From NCBI GenBank assembly GCA_965204175.1, contig OZ241978.1, forward strand, positions 1,044,103 to 1,108,102: a DNA stretch of 64,000 nucleotides, written 5' to 3'. The translations under genes were made by a program, and so were the position numbers. Shown piece after piece: positions 57,057-64,000 of the stretch. The notes under the pieces are model-generated. The model had not been told where the DNA came from, did not search any database, and saw only the letters and a list, made by a program, of their open reading frames with translations. Source of the stretch: Vicinamibacterales bacterium (GTDB taxonomy: Bacteria > Acidobacteriota > Vicinamibacteria > Vicinamibacterales > UBA8438). The stretch's first letter is position 1; every line of letters begins with the position of its first letter.

Positions 57057-58034
57057 ATGGCACGCTACCTGGTCACCGGCGGCGCAGGGTTCATCGGATC
57101 CCACGTCGTCGACGCCCTGGCCGCCCGCAACGACGCTGTCCGCGTCGTCGACGACCTGTCGACCGGCCGCCGCGAGAACCTCTCCGGCCACCCGGACATC
57201 GAGATGATCGAGGCCGATCTGGGGGAGCGGCAGGTCGCGGAGCAGGCCGTGGCCGGCATCGACTGCGTCATCCACCTGGCCGCGATCCCTTCGGTGCCGC
57301 GCTCGGTTCGGGAGCCGCGCCGCTCCCACCGCGCCAACGTGGAGGCGACGCACGGGCTGCTGCTCGCCGCCCGCGATGCCGGCGTCGGGCGCGTCGTGCT
57401 GGCGAGCTCGTCATCGGTCTACGGCGAGTCGGAGACGCTGCCCAAGCACGAGGACATGCGACCCGCACCGCTGTCGCCGTATGCGCTGCACAAGCTGATC
57501 GGCGAGCAGTACGCCGCCCTCTTCAGCCGGTTGTACGGGCTCGAGACCGTGGCCCTGCGCTTCTTCAACGTGTTCGGGCCGCGGCAGTCGCCGCAGTCGC
57601 AGTACTCGGGCGTCATCTCGCTCTTCACCGCGGCGCTGCTCGCCGGACAGGCGCCGGCGATCTACGGGGACGGCGAGCAGACGCGCGATTTCACGTACGT
57701 CTCGGACGTGGCGCGCGGCGTGCTGCAGGCCTGCGATGCGCCGGCGGCGTCGGGCCGGGCCGTCAACCTGGCGCGCGGCGGCCGGATGTCGGTGAACGCC
57801 CTGTACGCCGTCTTGCAGCGGGCGACCGGCGTTTCGGTGGCAGCGCGCTACGCGGAGCCTCGGCGCGGCGACGTCCGGCACTCCCAGGCTGACGTATCGC
57901 TTGCCCGCGAGCTGCTCGGTTTCGTGCCGGTGGTGCCGGTCGAAGAGGGACTCGCACGGACGGTCGATTGGCAGCGGCAGCAGGCGGAGGCGGGTCGGCC
58001 TGCGAGCCCGGGCGTCGCCGAAGCCGGCGCCTGA
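57057..58034 (+). CDS. NAD-dependent epimerase/dehydratase (UDP-sugar 4-epimerase-like SDR)
   Basis: VTGGAGFIGSH Rossmann motif and catalytic SPYALHK (YxxxK). Confidence 0.9.
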   Translation: MARYLVTGGAGFIGSHVVDALAARNDAVRVVDDLSTGRRENLSGHPDIEMIEADLGERQVAEQAVAGIDCVIHLAAIPSVPRSVREPRRSHRANVEATHGLLLAARDAGVGRVVLASSSSVYGESETLPKHEDMRPAPLSPYALHKLIGEQYAALFSRLYGLETVALRFFNVFGPRQSPQSQYSGVISLFTAALLAGQAPAIYGDGEQTRDFTYVSDVARGVLQACDAPAASGRAVNLARGGRMSVNALYAVLQRATGVSVAARYAEPRRGDVRHSQADVSLARELLGFVPVVPVEEGLARTVDWQRQQAEAGRPASPGVAEAGA

Positions 58035-58050
58035 GCCCCGGGATGGCCGT

Positions 58051-58479
58051 TCAGGAGGGTGCGGAACGCGCGTCCGCCTCGGGGGCGGCGTGTCGGACGG
58101 CCAGAATCAGGCCCTTGGCGCCGACGACCTCCACCGTCAGGTTCGGTGCGATGGGTGTCGCATCGCTCGCGCGGGCTCTCCACAGCTCGCCCCCGATGCG
58201 CACGTAGCCGGACGGCGCCAGGGGCTCGACGGCCACGCCGCGGCGTCCTATGAGCCGCTCGACCGGAGGCGCTTCGTTCACCTCGTACGCGCTGCGCAGC
58301 AGCGGATAGAGCGCCATGTCCTTGACGACCCATGCCGCCAGGAGCCCGGGGGCGACCCAGGCGGACGTATCGAACGACGTGTGGATCCACCAGCCGACGG
58401 CCAGGGCGAGGACCCACCCGGGCACCTGCAGCGCGGTGTAGCGCCGGAACGGCGAGCGGCGCGGGGACACCACACCCAT
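58051..58479 (-). CDS. NfeD-family membrane protein
   Basis: Two N-terminal TM helices plus the C-terminal OB-fold pattern GRRGVAVEPLAPSGYVRIGGELWRARA. Start at Met 58479. Confidence 0.65.
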   Translation of the reverse strand: MGVVSPRRSPFRRYTALQVPGWVLALAVGWWIHTSFDTSAWVAPGLLAAWVVKDMALYPLLRSAYEVNEAPPVERLIGRRGVAVEPLAPSGYVRIGGELWRARASDATPIAPNLTVEVVGAKGLILAVRHAAPEADARSAPS

Positions 58480-58528
58480 ATAATCAGTTGGCTCTCGCGC
58501 GGGCAAGGGATGTTCGGGGAAGGGGCGC

Positions 58529-59656
58529 TTGATGAGGATCGCGTTCAACGGATCGCCGCGTCCGACCATCGGGGTCGAGCTGGAGCTGCAGCTCCTCGAC
58601 CCCGAGACGATGAACCTGGTCGCCGGCGCGCCGGCGATTCTGGCGCGGACCGCGGATGTCTCGCACGTCAAGGCGGAGCTCATCGAGTCGACGATCGAGC
58701 TGAACACGGATGTCTGCGAGGACGTCGCGGCCGTGCGCCGCGATCTGACCGAGCGCATCGCTCAACTCCTGGCAGTTGCCGACGGGCTGGGTTACCAGGT
58801 GGCGTGCGTCGGCACCCATCCCTTCTCGAAGTGGGCGGAGCAGCGCATCACGGACTCGGAGCGGTATCGCCGGCTCGTCGATCAGTGCCAGTGGCCGGCG
58901 CGCCGCCTGATGATCTTCGGCGTCCACGTCCACGTCGGCATCGAGAGCGGCGAGAAGGCCATCGCGATCAGCAACGGTCTGACCACCTATCTGCCGCACC
59001 TGCTGGCGCTTTCCGCGAGCTCTCCGTTCTTCAATGCCACCGACACGGGACTGGCGTCCTGCCGCAGCAAGATCTTCGAGAGCCTGCCGACCGCCGGCCT
59101 GCCGTACCGCCTGCTCAACTGGGCGGAGTTCCAGCGGTTGATGATCACCCTGGTCAGCGCCAAGGCGATCGAGTCGATTCGCGAGATCTGGTGGGATGTC
59201 CGTCCGCATCCCAATTTCGGCACCATCGAGGTGCGCATCTGCGACGGCCTGCCGACGCTGGACGAGACGATGGCGGTCACCGCCCTGATTCAGGCGCTGG
59301 TCGTGTGGCTGGGCGACCAGTACGACGAAGGGATGTACCTGCCGCTGCACCGGCACTGGATCGTGCGCGAGAACAAATGGCGGGCGGCCCGCTGGGCAAC
59401 CGAGGCGGAGATCATCGTCGACGAGGACGGCAATCTGGAACGTCTGGACGAGAGCCTGGCCAGGCTCGTGGAAGCGGTTGCGCCGGTGGCCAGGCGTCTC
59501 GGCAGCGACGGGGAGCTGCAGCGGGTCGGCACGATGCTCGCCGGGGACTTGAGCTATCGCCGCCAGCGGCGCATCTACGAGGAGACCAGGGACTATACGG
59601 CGGTGATGCAGGCGATAGTCCGGGAGTTTCGCGAGAACGCGCCGGTGCAACCCTGA
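58529..59656 (+). CDS. carboxylate-amine ligase, YbdK/GCS2 family
   Basis: IGVELELQLLD N-terminal motif, THPF, and family-typical length of 375 aa. Confidence 0.85.
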   Translation: MMRIAFNGSPRPTIGVELELQLLDPETMNLVAGAPAILARTADVSHVKAELIESTIELNTDVCEDVAAVRRDLTERIAQLLAVADGLGYQVACVGTHPFSKWAEQRITDSERYRRLVDQCQWPARRLMIFGVHVHVGIESGEKAIAISNGLTTYLPHLLALSASSPFFNATDTGLASCRSKIFESLPTAGLPYRLLNWAEFQRLMITLVSAKAIESIREIWWDVRPHPNFGTIEVRICDGLPTLDETMAVTALIQALVVWLGDQYDEGMYLPLHRHWIVRENKWRAARWATEAEIIVDEDGNLERLDESLARLVEAVAPVARRLGSDGELQRVGTMLAGDLSYRRQRRIYEETRDYTAVMQAIVREFRENAPVQP

Positions 59657-59666
59657 ACGGCAGGAC

Positions 59667-60455
59667 TCACTCGCCCCAGGCCATCCAGCGGCCGTCCTGT
59701 CGCGCCAGCGCCAGCCGGAGCCCGAAGCAGCGCGAGAGGTTATCCGCCGTCAACGTGTCGGCAATCGGCCCTTGGGCCGCTACCTTTCCGCCGGCAAGCA
59801 TGAGCACGTGCGTGAAACCGCGCGGAATCTCGTCCACGTGGTGGGTGACGAGAACGATCGCCGCCGTGGCCCGGTCGGCGGCCACGTCCGCCAGCATGGC
59901 GACCAGTTGCTCCCGGCCGGCGAGGTCGAGTCCCGCCGCCGGCTCGTCGAGCAGGAGCAGCGGCGGATCGGCCATGAGGGCGCGCGCCAGCAGCACCCGC
60001 TGGCGCTCGCCGGCGGAGAGGGTGGCGTAGCGCGCCCGGGCGAGGCCGGCGCATCCGAATCGCGCGAGCAACACCGTCGCACGCTCGCGGTCCGCGTCTT
60101 CGTAGCGGTGCCAGTACGGCGCCAGGGCTGCGTTGCGGCCCGTCATCACGAGATCGACCGCCGGCAGCCCCGGCCGGAGCATGTCGGCGAGGGCCTGGCT
60201 CGTCATGCCCAGCCGGGTGCGGAGCTCCCGAACGTCGGTGCGTCCGAGGCGCTTGCCCAACACGTCGACGTCGCCCTGCGTCGGGTGCAGGTAGAGCCCG
60301 GCGAGGCGGCAGAGCGACGTCTTGCCGGAGCCGTTCGGTCCGAGGACGATCCAGCGCTCCTCCGGAGCGACCCGCCAGTCGATGCCGTCGAGAATGGTGC
60401 GCCCGTCGCGGACGAGCGAGACGCCGGTCAGGGCGAGCACGGGTTCGGTCGGCAT
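59667..60455 (-). CDS. ABC transporter ATP-binding protein
   Basis: Walker A GPNGSGKTS, signature LSAGERQRV, Walker B LLLLDEP. Start at Met 60455. The 562-aa track ORF is an upstream extension antisense to the GT9 gene. Confidence 0.9.
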   Translation of the reverse strand: MPTEPVLALTGVSLVRDGRTILDGIDWRVAPEERWIVLGPNGSGKTSLCRLAGLYLHPTQGDVDVLGKRLGRTDVRELRTRLGMTSQALADMLRPGLPAVDLVMTGRNAALAPYWHRYEDADRERATVLLARFGCAGLARARYATLSAGERQRVLLARALMADPPLLLLDEPAAGLDLAGREQLVAMLADVAADRATAAIVLVTHHVDEIPRGFTHVLMLAGGKVAAQGPIADTLTADNLSRCFGLRLALARQDGRWMAWGE

Positions 60456-60473
60456 GCGGAGAGAATATAGACC

Positions 60474-61535
60474 GTGAGCCCCACGCGTCTGCTCGTGCGC
60501 CTGCCGAACTGGGTGGGGGACATCCTGATGGCGCGTCCGGCGGTGCAGGCGCTCCGCGCGCGCTGGCCGGAGGCGCACGTCGTGGGGATGGCCCGCGCGC
60601 AGCACATCGCGCTGGTCGAGCGCTTCGGCGCGTTCGACCTGATCGTCGAGGCGCCGGGTGGATCCGGTCCGCGGCGGGCCGCCGACGTCTGGGCCGCGGC
60701 GCGGAGGCTGCGGTTGCGGCGGCTGGACACGGCGGTCGTTCTGGCCCCGTCCTTCGAGGCGGCATTGATCCCCTGGCTGGCCGGCATCGGGCGGCGGATC
60801 GGCCACGACACCGATCGCCGGCGTCGGCTGTTGACCGACCCGGTCGCGCCGCGACCCGGAGCGCACCGTGCGGACGGGTATCTCGACCTCGTGCGGGTCC
60901 TGGATGCCTTCGCTCTGCCGACTGCAGTCCTGCCGCTGGCGCTGACCGCCGCGGATCGGGTTTACGCGGACCGGCTGTTCGAAGCGCTGGCGTGGGACGA
61001 GCACAGCCGCCCGCTGTTCGTGAATCCCGCCGCCGCGAAGACGCCGCGCGCCTGGTCGGCAGAGAGATTTCGGGCCCTGGTGGAGCGGCTGTCCGGCACG
61101 GGCCGCCCGGTCATAGTGCATGACCGCCCGCCGTTCGCCGCGCGGCCGGACTGCGCCGGCGAGCCCCGCACGGTGCTTGTCCGCGACGCGACGCTGCCGG
61201 AACTGGCGGCACTGCTCGAACGCTGCGCGCTCTATGTGGGGAACGACAGCGGCCCGGCGCACCTTGCGGCGGCGGTCGGGATTCCGACCGTCACCATCCA
61301 CGGGCCGTCGTCGCCGGGGCGGACCGTGCCGCGCGGCGCCGGCGGGGGATCGCACGTAGCCGTGTCGGCCGCGTTCCCCTGTTCTCCCTGCCGGGAGCGC
61401 TTCTTCGACGAGTGCCCTTCGCCGCCGTCCGCGGACGGAAGACCCCCCTGCCTCGTTGCGGTCACCGTGGACGAGGTCGCTGCCGCCGTGCAGCAGGTCC
61501 TTGGAGGGACGCTCACTCGTCGAGCTTCGCCTTGA
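60474..61535 (+). CDS. glycosyltransferase family 9 (LPS heptosyltransferase-like)
   Basis: RLPNWVGDILMARPAVQAL N-terminus and GNDSGPAHLAAAVGIPTVTI C-terminal motif. Confidence 0.85.
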   Translation: MSPTRLLVRLPNWVGDILMARPAVQALRARWPEAHVVGMARAQHIALVERFGAFDLIVEAPGGSGPRRAADVWAAARRLRLRRLDTAVVLAPSFEAALIPWLAGIGRRIGHDTDRRRRLLTDPVAPRPGAHRADGYLDLVRVLDAFALPTAVLPLALTAADRVYADRLFEALAWDEHSRPLFVNPAAAKTPRAWSAERFRALVERLSGTGRPVIVHDRPPFAARPDCAGEPRTVLVRDATLPELAALLERCALYVGNDSGPAHLAAAVGIPTVTIHGPSSPGRTVPRGAGGGSHVAVSAAFPCSPCRERFFDECPSPPSADGRPPCLVAVTVDEVAAAVQQVLGGTLTRRASP

Positions 61536-62541
61536 GGGCGTCGAGCTCCGCGCGCAGATTGGCTATCTCGGTCGCCATGCGAGGCAGCCGGTGAATGTAG
61601 CCCTGCTGCTTCTTGATGTCCTTGAGCGGTCGTGCGGGCGTGCCCCAGAAGGGCTGGCCGGCCGGGACGCGCTTCCGCGACGGGATGCCGCACTGTGCGC
61701 CGACGATGCCGTGGTCGTCGACACGGCAGTAGTCCGCAATGCCCACCTGCCCGCCGATGACGGCCTCCCGGCCGACGGTCGAGCTGCCGGCGATCCCCGT
61801 CTGGGCCGAGATGACCGAGTGGTTCCCGATCCGCACGTTGTGTCCGAGGTGGCAGAGGTTGTCGATCTTCACGCCGTCCGCGATGATCGTCTCGTCGAGG
61901 GCGCCGCGGTCGATGCACGCGTTGGCGCCGATCTCGACGTCGTCGCCGATCTGGGCGCGCCCCACCTGCGGCACCTTGATCTGCCGCTCCCCGTCGAAGA
62001 CGAAACCGAAGCCGTCGGAGCCGATGACGACCCCGGCGTGGAGGATGACGCGATCACCTACCGCCGTTCCCGGATAGAGCACTACCCGCGGATAGAGAAT
62101 GCAGTGCGCGCCGACGGTGGCGCCCGCGCCGACGTAGCCGCCGGGAAACACCACGGTGCCGGCGCCGATGGCCGCTCCCGCCTCGACGATCGTCCAGGCG
62201 CCGATCGAGACGTCGGTGCCGAGGGTGGCGTCCGGGGCCACGAGCGCGGTCTCGTGCACGCCGGGCGCCGGCAGCCGCGCCGGCAGCAGCCATTGCGCGG
62301 CGCGGGCGAACGCCACGCGGGGGCTGGCGACGACGATGACGGTGCGATCGGGCGGATCGATGTCCGGGATGAGCACGCACGATGCCTCGGTCGCGGACAC
62401 CTTGCTCAGGTGCTTGCCCTCCGCGTAGGCGAGCGTCCCGGGGGTGGCCCGCTCCAGGCTGCCGACGGTTCGGATTCCAACCGCGCCGTCGCCATGGACG
62501 CGACCACCCACGAGGTCCGCGATTTCCTGCACCGTCTTCAT
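61513..62541 (-). CDS. lpxD: UDP-3-O-acylglucosamine N-acyltransferase
   Basis: The N-terminal domain (MKTVQEIADLVGGRVHGDG...) is followed by a long left-handed beta-helix of hexapeptide repeats and a C-terminal helix. Confidence 0.9.
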   Translation of the reverse strand: MKTVQEIADLVGGRVHGDGAVGIRTVGSLERATPGTLAYAEGKHLSKVSATEASCVLIPDIDPPDRTVIVVASPRVAFARAAQWLLPARLPAPGVHETALVAPDATLGTDVSIGAWTIVEAGAAIGAGTVVFPGGYVGAGATVGAHCILYPRVVLYPGTAVGDRVILHAGVVIGSDGFGFVFDGERQIKVPQVGRAQIGDDVEIGANACIDRGALDETIIADGVKIDNLCHLGHNVRIGNHSVISAQTGIAGSSTVGREAVIGGQVGIADYCRVDDHGIVGAQCGIPSRKRVPAGQPFWGTPARPLKDIKKQQGYIHRLPRMATEIANLRAELDALKAKLDE

Positions 62542-62584
62542 CGGCTCTCCCGCGGGGCGCCGCCGCCGGACGACGGACCGCCGA

Positions 62585-63283
62585 TCAACTGCCGCCGAGG
62601 GTCAGCTCCGTCGCCCCCGGCCCGATCGTGACCGCGTGACGGGTGCGCTCGGCGCCGGCATGCACCACGGCGGTATACGAGCCGGCAGCCACGCCGTCGA
62701 ACACGAAGCTCCCGTCGCGCGCCGCCACGGCGGCGTGGGGCGACGACGTCACGACGACGCTGGCGCCCATGGCGGGGTGAATGTCGCACGCGACACGATA
62801 GGTGCCGGCGGTGTCGAAATGGTGCTCGTAGGTGCCGCCGATCGGGGTCGATATGTTGAACGCGGTTTCCCGCGTGTCGATGTTGTAGACCCGAACATTG
62901 TGCAGGATGTCCTCGCTGTTGTGAAAATGCACCGGTTGGCCGACGTTCGCCAGCAGCACCGGGGGCAGGAACTCCATGCCCAGTTGATCCATCTGCACCG
63001 GGTCTTCAGGGGGCTCGAACACGGTGGCGGGCACGGGCTCGAGAAACACCACGGTGAGCGAGCCGTCCAGCGACGTCGGTGCGGCGCCGGTCACGCGCAG
63101 TCCCGCGCCGGCGGGCGCGCTCGGGGCCGCGGCGGCCGGAGCCTCCGCCACGGCCGCCGTTTCGGGCGGCCCGCTTCCGCAGGCGGCGCCGGCCGCGATC
63201 GCGACGACGCAAGCCGCCCGCCGCAGGCGACCCCGGTTGCGTCGAGTCGGGAAGCCGCTCTGACCACGGTTCATTGCGAACAC
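62585..63283 (-). CDS. cupredoxin-like (plastocyanin/azurin family) lipoprotein
   Basis: Lipobox-like AAGAACGS. Candidate type-1 copper ligands lie in VHFHNSEDILHNV and YRVACDIHPAMGA (H...C..H..M). Confidence 0.65.
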   Translation of the reverse strand: MFAMNRGQSGFPTRRNRGRLRRAACVVAIAAGAACGSGPPETAAVAEAPAAAAPSAPAGAGLRVTGAAPTSLDGSLTVVFLEPVPATVFEPPEDPVQMDQLGMEFLPPVLLANVGQPVHFHNSEDILHNVRVYNIDTRETAFNISTPIGGTYEHHFDTAGTYRVACDIHPAMGASVVVTSSPHAAVAARDGSFVFDGVAAGSYTAVVHAGAERTRHAVTIGPGATELTLGGS

Positions 63284-63381
63284 TCCTGCGGGAATTATAC
63301 GGACATGGGAACGGCCGGTCCTGCCGGCGGCCTTGCGTGCGCTTCCGGCGCCGGGCCGGATCGGACCGGTAGAATGGAGAC

Positions 63382-64000
63382 ATGTGGCAGAGAATCCCGA
63401 GCGTCGTTCAGATTCTGTTCTTCGCAGGAGTTGTACCGGTCGGGGCGCAGGAGGCCCGCATCGCGGTCGAGGTCGAGCGCGTCACGGAGCGCATCACCGA
63501 GCTCCGCCATCGGATCCACGAGTACCCGGAGCTCGGCAACCGCGAGTTCGAGACCGCCCGTCTCGTCGCCGACCACCTGGTCGGTCTCGGATTCGACGAC
63601 GTGCGGACCGGGGTGGCCCATACCGGGGTGGTGGCGGTACTGCGCGGCGGACGTCCGGGACCGGTCGTCGCCGTGCGCGCGGACATGGACGCGCTGCCGG
63701 TGACCGAGGACACCGACCTGCCGTTCGCGTCGACGGTGCGCACGACCTACCTCGGCCAGGAGGTCGGGGTGATGCACGCCTGCGGCCACGATATCCACGT
63801 GGCGGTGCAGCTCGGCGTGGCCTCGGTGCTCAGGGCGCTGCAGCCGGAGCTGCCCGGCACGGTGGTGTTTCTCTTCCAGCCGGCCGAGGAGGGCCCTCCG
63901 CCCGGGGAGGAAGGCGGCGCGGCGCTGATGCTCGACGAAGGCGTGTTCGACGAGTTCCAGCCTGAAGTGATCTTCGGTCTGCATGCGCGGGCGGGCCTGG
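63382..64000 (+). CDS. M20-family amidohydrolase (peptidase M20D), N-terminal part, runs off right edge
   Basis: Signal-like N-terminus, then RHRIHEYPELGNREFETARLVADHL, RADMDALP and MHACGHDIH motifs. The frame is open to the window end. Confidence 0.85.
   Translation, partial: MWQRIPSVVQILFFAGVVPVGAQEARIAVEVERVTERITELRHRIHEYPELGNREFETARLVADHLVGLGFDDVRTGVAHTGVVAVLRGGRPGPVVAVRADMDALPVTEDTDLPFASTVRTTYLGQEVGVMHACGHDIHVAVQLGVASVLRALQPELPGTVVFLFQPAEEGPPPGEEGGAALMLDEGVFDEFQPEVIFGLHARAGL

Overview
High-GC (roughly two-thirds G+C) bacterial chromosome segment from a Gram-negative-type organism (lpxD, heptosyltransferase, TolC/HlyD/MacB-type parts). Both flanks are housekeeping: aroC, NUDIX, TauE, a PQQ dehydrogenase and a MATE pump on the left; an NtrC-type activator, RNase P RNA (rnpB), an epimerase, ybdK-type ligase, GT9 and lpxD on the right. 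The centre, about 15-53 kb, is a defence island. It holds several toxin-antitoxin modules: MNT/HepT, VapBC, a decayed vapC, a Fic fusion, HicB plus a possible HicA remnant, and HicBA. It also holds two type I-G (formerly I-U) CRISPR-Cas modules. Module 1 (34.1-51.4 kb) is complete. cas3, csx17(cas8u2), cas7 and csb2(cas5-cas6) lie on the minus strand, divergent from cas4/cas1-cas2, a leader and a 100-repeat array of 36-nt repeats. An IS110-family element abuts the distal end of the array. Module 2 (22.4-29.5 kb) is a divergent effector-only operon (62-aa ORF, csb1, csb2, cas3, short cas8u-like gene) with no cas1, cas2 or cas4. The most interesting signal lies just upstream of module 2. A degenerate two-repeat mini-CRISPR sits on the opposite strand with one 36-nt spacer. 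The first 17 nt of that spacer match the adjacent AT-rich promoter region 16/17, the only mismatch is at spacer position 6, and the site is preceded by TTA. A strong SD and a 9-codon mini-ORF starting AUG-UUA-UCA follow directly. This resembles CreTA/CreR-type CRISPR-derived regulatory RNAs guarding or autoregulating cas genes. This is a hypothesis read from sequence only. Other oddities are three 38-nt direct repeats phased at 72 bp in the cas3 / cas4-cas1 intergenic region, aberrant 8-25-nt spacers at the leader end of the array, and 47-nt vapC-derived direct repeats bracketing the module 2 + Fic segment. Most long ORFs in the track are antisense shadow ORFs or translations of CRISPR repeats.
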